DNA of 64,000 nucleotides from NCBI GenBank assembly GCA_964276515.1, contig OZ193909.1:16368001-16432000 (forward strand), given 5' to 3'. Made by a program: the position numbers and the translations under genes. The notes under the pieces are model-generated. The model searched no databases, was not told the DNA's origin, and worked only from the letters and a program-made list of their open reading frames with translations. The DNA is from Gordius albopunctatus (taxonomy: Eukaryota). Shown one piece after another: positions 27,681 through 40,065 of this stretch; the first letter of the stretch is position 1; every line of letters begins with the position of its first letter.

Positions 27681-28971
27681 CAAACATTGTCTAAAACGGT
27701 TGAAATGGCGAATTTTTATATGTATAAGTCTATGTTAATTATTGTGACTTGTTGTTGTTAAAGGAATATTGTGTAACGTTCTGTATATTAAAAACGAGAA
27801 AGAAAAATACGCATGAAAATCAAAATATAATTACTCTTCTTCATAGATATGTTTTCGGGAATTGTCGAGGGTGTTAAAAAATTATTGTAGTAAATATAAT
27901 ATTAGAACATTAATTATGAGGGTAAAAATCTTCTTAAATAATTACTCTTGTTTGTTTATAATAAATATTGCGAAGATGGTTGAGTTTAAGTAATTTAATT
28001 TCTGCTTAGCACCTTTATAAATTTTATAGTTAATCATGTTAAATCATTAGTCTAAGAGTAGAATCTCAACAATTAATTTATTTAAAAATCGATTATTGGT
28101 CATTGAATAATTTCATGATTTCGATATTGATTAATATATTATTGATAGTGAAAAATAATAATATGCGACATAGATACTGTTAGATTACGTTACAATATTT
28201 TAATTACATTAGTAATTGCTGTTTTAAAAGCCCTACAGGCGCGTAGCCAAGGGGGCAGAAAGCGGGAATTTTCTGCCCCCTTGACCAAAATTTAAATTTT
28301 TTTTGAAGGTCCATGTCCTTTTTTAGGGTATAAAATCGATTATAAATGCTCTGATTAATGAAGAGAGGAGATATTTCCAAAACTGGTTATATAGCGCCTT
28401 GAAGTTTTGCATATATTGTACGCGAAGTTTACTTTTGTTACGTTATAAATAATAAAAGTGTCGAAAAATTTTTGAATTTTTCTTCCCACTTGAGAAAATC
28501 TTGGCTATGCGCCTGGCCCTATATATAAATAAATTTATTATTAATTGAAATATAAGTATTTTACGAAGAATAATGGAATGAATAAAAAAAACTAAGTATT
28601 ATAAATATATGGAAAACATTCAGAAATTGGATAATTTGTCTTAAAACTTCACTTAAATATAACCTTAAAGTTTAAGTTTAGATATACAAAAAAGCGATTC
28701 CGGGCATTTCTATCATTAAGTGCACACAAATTAAAAATTATTATTTTTACTCTATAATATAAAGTGGTATTGTATGGGTTGCTAAATTGAGACTAAAAGC
28801 CTATTATGATTTAACTTAATTAAAACCTATTTATCAGTACTAGGCGATATGCTATTGAAACAGGTCTAAATAGTTCCTTAAGAACTAAATTTAATTTAAA
28901 ATGGAAACTGATTTTCTAATTAACTTTCTTTTATAACCCTAATGATATAATGTAATTCGATAGTTATTTCT

Positions 28972-31676
28972 ATGTTATATATTCTTTCTTTGACAAGAAT
29001 AATCTTTGTGCTTGTTCTTATGGTTGACAAGGTCACTTGTAACGTTAATAACGGTTATAATCTCAGGGTAGAAAAATGGCTTGAGAAATACAATAAGCTA
29101 GAATTGGTAGCACAAAATAATTTATCTCTAATTGAATGGGACTACAATACAAAAACAACATCATTGAATACACTTAAAATGGAAAAATTCAATCATATAT
29201 TTGGAAAAAGAACTTCGCACATATGGAACGAAAGCTTTAGTTTTGACCTCAATCGCATTAGCAATAATTCCATTAGAAAAGAGCTTCAAAAAATTCAAGT
29301 ATGCCCTATGAGATATATTATTAATGTATTTGCTTTGTAACGCTTTATAATAATAAACGGACAGTTAATAGAAGGTATTAGGCAACTATAGTAAACTTGT
29401 GTGATTTATATAGTAATGCAAAAAACCAACACGTTACATTTTGACAAAACTTTAGAAGAAAACTATAAGCGTAATATTAATCAACAACAAGATTTCTTGA
29501 AATTAATTTGTAATATTAGGCGACACGCGAGGTCTCTAACTGCTCTTTATTTTTAATTGATGGTAACTTTTTATTGATTTAAAATTAACCATTTTTAATT
29601 AAATAACTTTAATTTTCTTGATCATTTTAAATAAATTCTATTTGTCTAAGAAAGATTTGCGGCCTGATATAAGTAGAGAATTAAGTGACGAGTTACATAA
29701 TCACCTTACAAGAATGGAAAAGGATTACAGCTCAACAAAGATAAGTTTCATCCATGGAGACGTAAATTTTTACAATTTGACCTTAGAAGATAATGTCACT
29801 AAACTAATGTCAACGTCGCGGGACCAGTCTTTACGTTTAAAGGTGTGGGACACTTGGAACGGTGTAATTGGACGAAAGATTAGAAAGAGATTTATACAGA
29901 CAGTAGCTTTGGAGAATTTCTACGCGCGATCGAATAACCACTCCGATTTGGGGGCAAAATGGCGGGCACTTTACGGCAATAAATCAATTTTTCCAGAAAT
30001 TGACACTGCTTTCGATTCCATTCTCCCCCTTTACAAACTATTGCATAAATATGTCGGTCATAAATTGAAGAAAATTTATGGGGGTCACTTCGAAAAATAT
30101 TCAAAGCAAAAATATCAAACTTTTGGGAAAGAAAAAACTGAATGGCCTTATTACTTGCCGGCCCACATGGTTGGTGACATATGGAGTCAAACATGGGACA
30201 ATCTTTACGATACCACATCACCTTACCCTGATAAAGTAGTGAAAATGGTAAATCAAAAGTTAGCTAATGACCCAAGCATTACGATAAAATCCATGGCTCA
30301 TATGGCCGAAAATCTATTCGTATCCTTAGGTTTTGACCCCATGACACCGACATTTTGGAATAAATCCATTTTCGAAAAACCGAATAACAGCGGGCCCATG
30401 ATATGTCACGCTGCGGCCTTTAATCTATTTAAAGACGGAGATTATCGACTGAGAATGTGCGCTCAAAAAACATTTCCCTATTTCCACGTCATCCATCATG
30501 AAATGGGTCACGTAGTGTACTACATGAGCTATTCCCATTTACATGTCGTGTATCGAAGCTCTCCAACCCCAGCTATACACGAAGCTATCGGAGACTTGAT
30601 TGGGCTGTATGCTACCAGTCTCAAGAATCTTCGAGATTTGGAATTGATTCCTAATTTAATAAACGACCCAAATGCTCAAATCAACTTTGGTGGTATGAAA
30701 GCAAAACGGCTAACTAAAAATGACATCAATCAGATGTACTATCAAGCGCTAAGGATACTACCAGCTTTCGTGTACACTTATATCTTAGAACGATGGAGAT
30801 GGAGGGTATAAAAACATTCATTAAAATTTCGATTTTAAAAAAATTCTCAAGATGGCTTTTAAACCTAAAAAGTCTAATCGTAATAAAAAATAAATTTTGT
30901 AGGTGTTATCAGGCGAAATACCCATGGAGCGAATGAACGAAGTTTGGTGGGCCATGCGCGAATCGTTGCAAGGACTTACATCTCCTAATTTTAGGTGAGA
31001 CTAAGGAGAAAATGTAACTTGTCTAATTTTATATATATACTTACATTTATATTGTATTTATTATTCAAATTATTTTGATTGTTTATTAAATATCATGAGG
31101 GTTTAATAATTTATATTACCACAAAATAGCTATAGATAGCTGGCTAAACGAAATGCCGTTAAACTTAGTCTTTTTATGTTGCAAACAAAATCCGCGAGTT
31201 AAACTAGTGGCAAACTTAATCAAATTTAATCTGAAATTAGATGGTATAGATATAGTAATCGCTTTAATCTTTTCGTTATTTCCTATCTCAGGTCCGACAA
31301 AGAAAATTACCTAGACCCAGCGGCCAAGTATCATGTATCATCATTCATTCCTTACATTCGTTACTTTATGAGCCACGTTATAGTGTTTCAATTTTTCAAA
31401 CGACTTTGTGCGGAAGTAAAAATGGCTAGCGAAACAGCCCCATTATATAAATGTAATATCAAAAATTCGCACAAAGCAGGAACGTTTTTAAAGAATATCT
31501 TATCCAAAGGGTCTATGATTGATTGGAGAGATATATTATCCTTACTTAATAACCAAAAAAATCAGCTATATGATGATAAATTAACCTCGGAATCAGGATA
31601 TTTAGATGCCGCCCCTATGCTGGAATATTTTGAGCCCTTACAAAAATGGCTTGAATTGTACGACGAACAAAAATGA
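28972..31676 (+). CDS. Angiotensin-converting enzyme-like peptidase (M2), single domain, secreted
   Basis: Exons 28972-29298, 29651-30805, 30903-30994, 31292-31676 join in phase. Signal-peptide-like N-terminus; HHEMGH and EAIGD zinc motifs; WSQTW, PMICHAAA, AAKYH, PYIRYF and LEYFEPLQKWL motifs; no C-terminal transmembrane segment, as in insect Ance-type enzymes. Confidence 0.93.
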
Positions 31677-31856
31677 CAATAATTATCAATTTTATGTCAT
31701 GCCATAAATAAAGATTTTTAAAATATGTTTCATTATGGATGTCAAATACAATTAAACGCGAAAATTATTGGTAGCGTTTTCATTGTAGCAGTTCGTTAGT
31801 GCTTTTCAGAATTTAAAACATATACATTAGACGGGTAGTTTGTAAATTGGTCCTCT

Positions 31857-32010
31857 TAAAAATACTCGGGCCTTCGGCCCTAGTGGGAAGGTGGAGGGGG
31901 AAGGGAAGGGAAGGGAGAACGACTCATCTATACTCCGTATAAAAGTAGCATATTTGCTATGCAATTTATGGGCGAGAATGCCTATAAGGGGGTATTAAAT
32001 GCAAAATAAT
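31857..32010 (-). mobile_element. 3' end of a HINE-like element
   Basis: A-run, stem-loop GGGCCTTCGGCCC, purine tract, shared block and subTIR, i.e. the reverse complement of 46127-46255. Confidence 0.75.
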
Positions 32011-32807
32011 TATTTAATTACACTAGACAACAAATAATGGTCTTGTGTAAATAACCGGGAAACGGTCAACATATTCCGATAGAGTTTTTTGTGGCGGACA
32101 CAAATATGTTTTTCGTTTTTTCCTATACGTCAAGTTTTATTAAGTTATTTCGATTCAAAGTTGCGAAAATGACCGTTTTTGACCCTTTTAGATGCTCAAT
32201 AGAGCGATATTGAATGGCTAAAAAAATTTTAAACCTCTAAGTGGTAGAACCAACTCAGGGTAAAACATTGGAAAATGATTTTTTTCCCTATTGTTTTTAC
32301 TTTTTAATATATATCAAAAATGCAATTAGTCCCCATGCGAAATCGCGGCTTCCTTTGAGCCTCTCTCCCTCTATATCTAATTGGCTTATATGCTTATACT
32401 AGATGAACCCGGCAAACGTTACTTTGCCATTTACCCAAGTGTATTAAATTATGTTGGAATTTTAGTGCATATATTATGATAAAGCGGTTATTGAAATAAA
32501 AATAAAGTTTCATGTCTATAGTCTATATGTTTTACTTCTATTGTTTTATTTCCGTATAAAGTGCAACGCGTACGAATACTCAAAAACTACTTGACCGATT
32601 TGGCTGGAACAAATCTTAAAACCTGCTCCGGATTGTCAGGAATAAACTCTGAAATTTTGAGCCAAATCGGTCCGATAGTTTTCCAAAATTCATGCACTAA
32701 ACCGTTCTCTAAAACTAATGGACCGATTTGGCTCGAACAAATCTTAAAACATGCTCCAGAGTGTCAGGAATAAACTGAAATTTTGAGCAGAATTGGTATG
32801 GTAGTTT

Positions 32808-33089
32808 TGTAGAGGCTACGAATTTAATCGCACGCTACTTTCCCTTGACCCCGTCTAGGCAAATTATTATTCACGCACCCTAATAATAGCTCCTCGCTTA
32901 TACTTTATCATCGCCTGACTTATTCAAATTATTATTCACGCACCCTAATCATAAAAGTGAATACATTTAAGTATTTGAATGTCTCGCAATTCACCTTATT
33001 ATACACACAAATAACCTCGCAGAGATGTGTATATAAACGCGATGTTATTAAATAAAAGTATTCATTTATTTTTCCCTTAAAACTTAACA
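32808..33089 (+). repeat. 5' LTR
   Basis: Runs TGTAGAGG...CTTAACA. Contains an internal direct repeat CAAATTATTATTCACGCACCCTAAT (twice), a TATA-like GTATATAAA near 33029 and AATAAA near 33051. Confidence 0.97.
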
Positions 33090-33091
33090 TT

Positions 33092-33101
33092 TGGTGACCC
33101 C
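33092..33101 (+). other. Primer binding site complementary to tRNA-Trp 3' end
   Basis: TGGTGACCCC lies 2 nt after the 5' LTR and is complementary to the eukaryotic tRNA-Trp 3' end (...GGGGUCACCA). Confidence 0.85.
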
Positions 33102-33105
33102 TAAA

Positions 33106-33903
33106 ATGTCCACCCAACCATCTGATATGGAGGTTAAAAGCGAAAATGCCACATATTTTAAACTGCCACAGTTTAACAATATAAATACCCGCTCATGGTT
33201 CACTCAAATAGAGGCTCTTTTCTTTGTTAGAAAGATAAAAAGCGAAACTACCAAGGCTGGGTACTTAATAGAAGCCTTGCCACTGGAAATAACTGTCGAA
33301 ATTCAAGACATACTACAAAATATGCCCGACATTTTACCCTATACAACCATTAAAGCCGCCATCATAGACCGCACAAGCCAATCCGATTCTGCTAGACTTC
33401 GTGCTCTTCTCACAACTGTGGAATTAGGAGATCGTACCCCATCCCAGCTTCTGCGCTTCATGAAAAATCTTCTGGGAACGAATTCCATGGATGAACGAGT
33501 TCTTAAAGAACTTTGGATAGAAAAACTTCCAAAAAACATGATCGGTATTTTGGCAATTGTTTCTGACGAGCAGCCCCTCTCCAAATTAGCCGAAACGGCA
33601 GACAAAATTGTAGAGACCTACCACAACTCCACATGTTCTAGTGTAAATGTAGTCACGGAAAATGAATCGACTCGGCTTAGGGAGATGATTGCAAAACTCA
33701 CCCAGGAGGTACAAAATTTAAAAGTCTCAATCAATAGGCCACGTGATCGTTCCAACTCGAGACGCCGCAACCCCTCTACCGTTCGCCACCCTAGCTCGCA
33801 TGTTCAACCAAATCTCGTTTGTTGGTACCATTACCGCTTTAAAGACAAGGCGCTCAAATGCGTGCAACCTTGCGCATTTAACCTCCCCGCAACAAACGAA
33901 TAG
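33106..33903 (+). CDS. gag: Retrotransposon Gag
   Basis: ATG at 33106; [22 protein letters not shown] and [18 protein letters not shown] (CHCC knuckle). Confidence 0.93.
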   Translation: MSTQPSDMEVKSENATYFKLPQFNNINTRSWFTQIEALFFVRKIKSETTKAGYLIEALPLEITVEIQDILQNMPDILPYTTIKAAIIDRTSQSDSARLRALLTTVELGDRTPSQLLRFMKNLLGTNSMDERVLKELWIEKLPKNMIGILAIVSDEQPLSKLAETADKIVETYHNSTCSSVNVVTENESTRLREMIAKLTQEVQNLKVSINRPRDRSNSRRRNPSTVRHPSSHVQPNLVCWYHYRFKDKALKCVQPCAFNLPATNE

Positions 33904-36900
33904 ACCACCCAGGGATGGCGACGCCTGGACTTGGTCTAAAACTTAGTCGCTTATTTTACATTTTCGACAAATCCACGGGTCTACGATTCCTCATTGACAC
34001 AGGCGCAGAGATTTCCATTATTCCGCCTTCCCGAGACCATCCCTTGACCCCTTCCTATGTGCAACTCCAGGCCGCCAATTCTACCCCTATAAAAACATAT
34101 GGCCAAAAGCTTTTCACTTTGGACCTCGGCCTACGCAAAGAATTTAGATGGATTTTTACAATTGCAGACGTTAAACAGCCAATAATCGGAGCCGATTTTC
34201 TTAATCACTACCATCTGGTAGTTGATATAAAAAAGAAGCAGCTCTTCGATACCCAAACGACATTAACATCTGCAGGTAAGGCTACACTCGCGACGTCAAT
34301 CAACATACAAGTTGGGATAATTGGCACCTCTCCCATCAAATCACTACTTCAGAAGTATGCCTCCATAGTGTCCCCTTCTGATTATAAGGCTCAAGTAACT
34401 CACAGCACTCAACACCACATCCACACCAACGGCCCTCCGGTTCACTCAAAACCAAGGAGACTTTTCCCGGACAAGCTTAAGATTGCCCGAGACGAATTTA
34501 CTCACATGCTCGAACTTGGTATAATCCGTCCCTCTAACAGTGACTGGTCCTCACCCCTGCACATGGTACCCAAGAAGGCCGCGGGAGATTGGAGACCTTG
34601 TGGCGACTATCGCATGCTCAACAGTCGTACAATTCCCGATCGTTATCCCCTTCCACACCTCCATGACTTTGCGCTGACCCTTTGCAATAAAACGGTATTC
34701 TCAAAGATCGATTTAGTCAGGGCTTACCACCAAATTCCAATGGCCCCAGAGGATATTTCTAAAACCGCCATCACAACCCCGTTCGGTCTTTTTGAATTTC
34801 TTCGCATGCCATTTGGCCTTCGCAACGCTGCTCAGACGTTTCAACGCTTTATGGACCAAGTTTTTAGAGAACTTGACTTTGTTTTTGTTTACCTTGACGA
34901 CGTTCTCATCGCGAGTTCTTCCATTAACGAACACCACAATCATATTAGACTGGTTTTTGAAAGACTCAAGACTTTCGGTATTAAAATCAGTCAGGATAAA
35001 TGCGTATGGTGCCAAAACGAAATTTTTTTTTTGGGACACAAAATCACCCCTCAAGGTTTGTCACCCCTTCAGGACAAGGTGGAAGCAATCCTCAATTTCC
35101 CACAGCCTACCTCGATGACTCAGTTGAGACGCTTCTTAGGGATGATTAATTTTTATAGACGTTTTATTCCAATGTGTGCCGAATTACTCAAACCTCTCAC
35201 CGATATGCTCGACGGTTCAAAGAAGACAATATCCTGCACCCCGGAAGCTTCGACTGCTTTTAACAATGCCAAACTCGCTTTAAGCAATGTCGTGCCTCTT
35301 TATCATCTTCAAAAAGACGCTAAATTCTCAATCACCACCGACGCCTCCAGCTCAGCCGTAGGAGCCGTATTACATCAAACAACTAACGATAAGACGCTGC
35401 CTTTAGTTTTTTTTTCCCAAAAGCTAACAAAAACTCAACAACGATATAGTGCATTCGGTCGCGAATTATTAGCAATATATTTAACAATCCGCCATTACCG
35501 CCATTTTTTAGAGGGTCATGAATTCACTATTTATACAGACCACAAGCCACTAACTTATGCTTTCAGTACACCTATCGACAAATACTCCCCGCGGGAGATT
35601 AGACAGTTAGACTATATTTCGCAATATTCTACCGATCTACAATATATAGCTGGCAAATCAAATGTAGTCGCTGACACCCTCTCAAGGTCTGAAATTGATT
35701 CCGTTGATTTTAAAGACAGGCCTCTAGTTGAAAGGTTAGCTTTGGCTCAGATGGAAGAAAATTTGACATTTCAAGACCTAAAGTCTCTAAAAATAACGCA
35801 ACTTCCTATACCGGGCTCTGATTTGACCGTGCAATGCGACATGTCCACAACCTCACCTCGACCACTCGTCCCAACTTCACTCAGACGCATAATTTTCGAT
35901 AATTTCCACAACTTATCACACCCTGGTACGCGTGCAACACTTAAGCTGATTACACGCCGATATGTTTGGCCCTCCATCAATATGGATGTAAGAAAATGGG
36001 CCAAATCATGCGTTGCTTGTCAAAAATCGAAAATTCATCGTCACATAAAGGCCCCTTTAGGTACATTTGCTGAACCAGACGCTCGATTTAGCCACATCCA
36101 CGTCGATCTCGTTGGTCCACTACCACCGTCAAATGGATATACCCACTTACTCACGATTATTGACCGTTTCACACGATGGCCTGTCGCCATGCCGATCCAT
36201 GACACCTCAGCCCAAACGGTTGCAAAAGCTCTGATCAAGTATTGGATAGCTGACCTCGGAGTACCATCAAGCCTCACAACAGATAGAGGTCCCCAGTTTG
36301 AGTCCCAATTATTTCGGAATCTCACGCAACTTCTTGGTGTAAATCACATCACAACCACTGCCTATCACCCACAAGCTAATGGCATGATTGAGAGATTTCA
36401 TCGACAGCTGAAAAGTTCCTTGATGGCACAAGGTGACACAACCAAATGGGATGAGCTCTTACCATTAATTTTGCTTGGCATTCGAACCACCATCAAGGAA
36501 GACTTAGGTTGCACTCCAGCCGAATTAGTTTATGGCACTACACTTAGACTTCCCGGCGAATTTTTCACGAACTCAAGTACACCTCACAACACCTCCGAAT
36601 TTATTAAAGGCCTAAAACAACATTTTTACCATTTGCCTTTTAAAAAGGTCAGGACACAATCGACAAATGCGGATACAACTTCACTTCTTAGGGAATGTAA
36701 ATACGTTTTTATCCGTAATGATTTCGTTCGAAAAAGTTTGGTGCCACCATATGACGGACCGTTCAGAGTAAAGTCCAAACATGCTAAATATTTCATTATT
36801 GAAAAAAACGGAAAAGCTGACTCAATTTCGATCGAGCGACTGAAACCTGCATATTTAGATACTTCAACTCAGACGTTTACGGATACCGAAAATTCAAATC

Positions 36901-37034
36901 CATCCAAATCTAGGCCTACCGACAAAATCGCTGAACCAGCTAACTCCGACCCAGACCTAACAAAATCAAAAGAAAACCCATACATCACATCGAGAGGAAG
37001 GCACGTGCATTGGCGCTATAAACTACTACACTAA
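33882..37034 (+). CDS. pol: Retrotransposon Pol (protease, RT, RNase H, integrase)
   Basis: The frame is open from 33882 (first ATG 33915) and is -1 relative to gag. Motifs LIDTGA, YLDD, TDAS...ELLA...TDHKPL, HHCC zinc finger, DDE core (HVDLVG, TDRG, MIERFH) and GPF. Confidence 0.96.
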   Translation, partial: PPRNKRIDHPGMATPGLGLKLSRLFYIFDKSTGLRFLIDTGAEISIIPPSRDHPLTPSYVQLQAANSTPIKTYGQKLFTLDLGLRKEFRWIFTIADVKQPIIGADFLNHYHLVVDIKKKQLFDTQTTLTSAGKATLATSINIQVGIIGTSPIKSLLQKYASIVSPSDYKAQVTHSTQHHIHTNGPPVHSKPRRLFPDKLKIARDEFTHMLELGIIRPSNSDWSSPLHMVPKKAAGDWRPCGDYRMLNSRTIPDRYPLPHLHDFALTLCNKTVFSKIDLVRAYHQIPMAPEDISKTAITTPFGLFEFLRMPFGLRNAAQTFQRFMDQVFRELDFVFVYLDDVLIASSSINEHHNHIRLVFERLKTFGIKISQDKCVWCQNEIFFLGHKITPQGLSPLQDKVEAILNFPQPTSMTQLRRFLGMINFYRRFIPMCAELLKPLTDMLDGSKKTISCTPEASTAFNNAKLALSNVVPLYHLQKDAKFSITTDASSSAVGAVLHQTTNDKTLPLVFFSQKLTKTQQRYSAFGRELLAIYLTIRHYRHFLEGHEFTIYTDHKPLTYAFSTPIDKYSPREIRQLDYISQYSTDLQYIAGKSNVVADTLSRSEIDSVDFKDRPLVERLALAQMEENLTFQDLKSLKITQLPIPGSDLTVQCDMSTTSPRPLVPTSLRRIIFDNFHNLSHPGTRATLKLITRRYVWPSINMDVRKWAKSCVACQKSKIHRHIKAPLGTFAEPDARFSHIHVDLVGPLPPSNGYTHLLTIIDRFTRWPVAMPIHDTSAQTVAKALIKYWIADLGVPSSLTTDRGPQFESQLFRNLTQLLGVNHITTTAYHPQANGMIERFHRQLKSSLMAQGDTTKWDELLPLILLGIRTTIKEDLGCTPAELVYGTTLRLPGEFFTNSSTPHNTSEFIKGLKQHFYHLPFKKVRTQSTNADTTSLLRECKYVFIRNDFVRKSLVPPYDGPFRVKSKHAKYFIIEKNGKADSISIERLKPAYLDTSTQTFTDTENSNPSKSRPTDKIAEPANSDPDLTKSKENPYITSRGRHVHWRYKLLH

Positions 37035-37067
37035 CCACAACTCTCCGAGTGAAGGCCCGATGATAGT

Positions 37068-37349
37068 TGTAGAGGCTACGAATTTAATCGCACGCTACTT
37101 TCCCTTGACCCCGTCTAGGCAAATTATTATTCACGCACCCTAATAATAGCTCCTCGCTTATACTTTATCATCGCCTGACTTATTCAAATTATTATTCACG
37201 CACCCTAATCATAAAAGTGAATACATTTAAGTATTTGAATGTCTCGCAATTCACCTTATTATACACACAAATAACCTCGCAGAGATGTGTATATAAACGC
37301 GATGTTATTAAATAAAAGTATTCATTTATTTTTCCCTTAAAACTTAACA
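37068..37349 (+). repeat. 3' LTR
   Basis: Line-by-line identical to 32808-33089. Confidence 0.97.
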
Positions 37350-37663
37350 GTTTTCCAAAATTGGTGGCGGCATATATACACACATAGTTTCATTTTTATA
37401 TATAAGATAACACTATACCTTTAGTGCATGTAAGTGATTGATGAGTGTGGTGGGTGCAAAAGTAGTGGGGGTTAATACGAATTATTCCTACTACTACGCC
37501 TGTCATCCTCCCCCTCTACTAGAGGAATAGCTCGTATTAAGCCACTACTCTTACACACCCACACCCCCACATAATGTATCAATCACTCACATGCACCAAG
37601 ATTATAGTGTTATAAATCCAATTAGATAGAGAGGGAGGGAGGCTCAAAGGATACCGCTTCACA

Positions 37664-38420
37664 AGGAGAGGAGGGGAAGGGGGAACGAAACTCATCTATA
37701 CTCCGTATAAAAGTAGCATATTTGCTAAGCAATTTATGGGCTAGAAAGATGGGAAAGGGCGAGTATGCTTATAGGAGGGTATTAGTGCAAAATGATTAGT
37801 TAATTATTTATACAAATTTTTCTTAACTTTGACCAGTGGTGATCTTTTCTAATGGTTAGCAGACAGCAAAAAAAACTAGCCTATAATTATAATCAAGAAA
37901 AAAGGCAATTTTAGTATCACTTTGGCCAATGGTCATTTTTTTCATTGGTCAGTAGCCAGCGGAAGGTCAAAAAGTCATATTATCAATGGTATTAACAAGA
38001 ACAAAATATTAATTTAATTTAAAAAAATAAAAATTTTGCCCTCTCCGTAATTCGAACCAGCAATTAAGAATTTCCCCTTGCCGGGATTCAAACCCACATT
38101 TACAGGCATAAACCTTTGTAGGGGAACAGAGACCCATATCAGTAGAGGCATAGGCCCTCGTAGGGGAGAACATAGGGTAATTATCAATGCAAAAACGAAA
38201 AAAAATCGATTTATTTGGCCAATGGTTATTTTTTTCATTGGTCAGTAGCCAGCGGAAGGTCAAAAAGTCATATTATCCATGGTATTAACAAGAAAAAATA
38301 TTAATTTAATTAAAAAAAAATTGACGTCTCCGGGGATTGAATTTGAACCTGCAAGTCAGAAAGTTAAAAATTGGAGGACAACGGACGGACGGAATGACGG
38401 ACAACAAAAAGCGATCCCAT
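37664..38420 (-). mobile_element. HINE-like copy
   Basis: Shared block ACTCATCTATACTCCGTATAAAAGTAGC plus subTIR at the left, two tandem units (near 37920 and 38215), and GGAC repeats plus CCCATAA at the right. Confidence 0.78.
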
Positions 38421-38924
38421 AATAATTTATCTACACCTGACTTCCCAAATTTAATTATAACCATTTTATTTTAGCTATATACTTAATAACCAATAATGAT
38501 TAATAATAATTAGGGTATTTTTGTTATTAACAAATATTAACTCGATTTAGGAGTTCTTAAATTAAACTATAATTATACTCCAGTTATTACCGTGTAGGGG
38601 AAATTCCAAATTAAGGTATAATCAGATAAAATGTAAACACAACTATATATTGTGTGTTTTAAAAATAATTATAGACATATACCGTTTTTGATTTTAATAA
38701 GGCTCATGAGTTTGTCATACTCAATATCCTAGTCATAGCCAACGAGATAGATATATATAAAACCAAATTAGATTGAAACTACTTTAATTGTGATTTGGGA
38801 TAAATAATATTTATTTTATATATCTACAAAATAGTATTTCTATTAAATTTTATACAGCCATTTTCATCATTGCTTCTATTCTATAAAAATTATTACAATA
38901 TACGCAAAACTTTATTCTGAAGCT

Positions 38925-40065
38925 TTTTTGTTTAAAGATGTTTTAAACAATTATAAAAGTTTATTTAAATTCACGCTCGAATCAATAATAAATATATCTT
39001 TTAACGCCATCCTTGGCTTCAAGCTACTCTTCCCACAAAATCTGGTGTTCTAGGTATTCGCTCACCAACTACGATTTCCTTAGCCGTTTTTATTTCTTCC
39101 TCCCTATCTTGTAAACAACCTATAAACAACATTGTCCTATTCTCACTCAATCCCTCTATTAATCAATCCTTATCTCCATATAATAAGAATGTCAATTCTA
39201 AAAAGATTTGGATGCAAGTTTGGTGTCGTGGTTCGTTGCTACCTTCTCTCGACATGCGGCGCCAAACAGCATTTCAATCTTAGGTCATTGGCCTTTGACC
39301 GATCCAGTCATTAATGGATTGAAGCTTACTCTAGAAAGTTTTTGAGAATGCTTTTAGAGAACCCCATTTTGTTCTTTGACATAGCCCTCCGCTTGGGCTG
39401 TAAAGACACGTCATCATACCCCTGCCGGCTTTTTAATTCACTTGTAGATGAGGAAGCGCGTCACCCTCTGCATTGTAAATTTAACAAAAGTAGGTATAGT
39501 AGGAACCAAAAATAAACACGCTGTTACAAACTACCCTCAAACGGGTAAAAGTTTCCTCCATTTTTGAACAGTCAGATCGTTCTCTTAAAGTGCAAATGCG
39601 TCCTGACGGTACGTCACTTATCATGGGACAAAGGCCTTTTTTAACAGGGTACTACTCTTGTATTAACATGTTTGCACCCTCCAACAATACTCACAATCCT
39701 TTAGGATTGGCAGAGCATCGTAAAATCGTAAAAAATTCAGCTTTATCAAAATCCTCTATTTTTATTCCTATTGTTTCGTCGTGCTCAGGGACATTTGGAG
39801 AGCGATTTAAGTTTTTTAAAGAACTTAATGAACGCTCGCCTTCTTCAAAAATATCGAATAGTTTTCTACTAAGACAATTAATAACCATTGACATTTAATT
39901 TCTACTCCCTGATGGATTCAATGCACATTTTTAAAGAAGACGAAGAAAAAACGGATATTGCCTTTTAATCATTTTATTTATAAATATTTTTGTTCTCGTA
40001 ATTTTTTAATAATTTCATTATATATTTAATAATTTTTTATAATAAAGCATGTTTTAAAGAAAAAA
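38925..40065 (+). mobile_element. Decayed 3' fragment of a related CRE-like non-LTR element
   Basis: Frameshifted translations [38 protein letters not shown] and QMRPDGTSL align with the 59575-62283 protein. Ends in AATAAA plus an A-rich tail near 40040-40065. The 5' boundary is approximate. Confidence 0.85.

Larger units (their letters stand above)
32808..37349 (+). mobile_element. Full-length Ty3/gypsy LTR retrotransposon, CsRn1/Kabuki/Boudicca-type
   Basis: Two 282-bp TG...CA LTRs (32808-33089, 37068-37349), identical by eye; 4-bp TSD GTTT (32804-32807, 37350-37353); PBS TGGTGACCCC; Gag with CX2HX9CX3C knuckle; pol in PR-RT-RH-IN order. Confidence 0.97.
32399..37407 (-). mobile_element. 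Non-autonomous Helitron interrupted by the LTR retrotransposon
   Basis: On -: 5' TCTTATATATAAAAATG at 37407, subterminal hairpin GGCAAAGTAACGTTTGCC and terminal CTAG at 32399, inserted between A and T with no TSD. Internal ~125-bp duplication. Same family as 25967-26223. Confidence 0.85.
32345..37657. mobile_element. Foldback (palindromic) element split by the Helitron/LTR insertion
   Basis: With the Helitron removed, the left arm (32345-32398 plus 37408-37489) is an imperfect reverse complement of 37514-37657, e.g. CCTTTGAGCCTC/GAGGCTCAAAGG and TAACACTATA/TATAGTGTTA. Confidence 0.75.

Noticed and set aside
33339..36325. Antisense and alternate-frame ORFs within gag/pol
   Set aside because: Shadow ORFs of the retrotransposon coding sequence.
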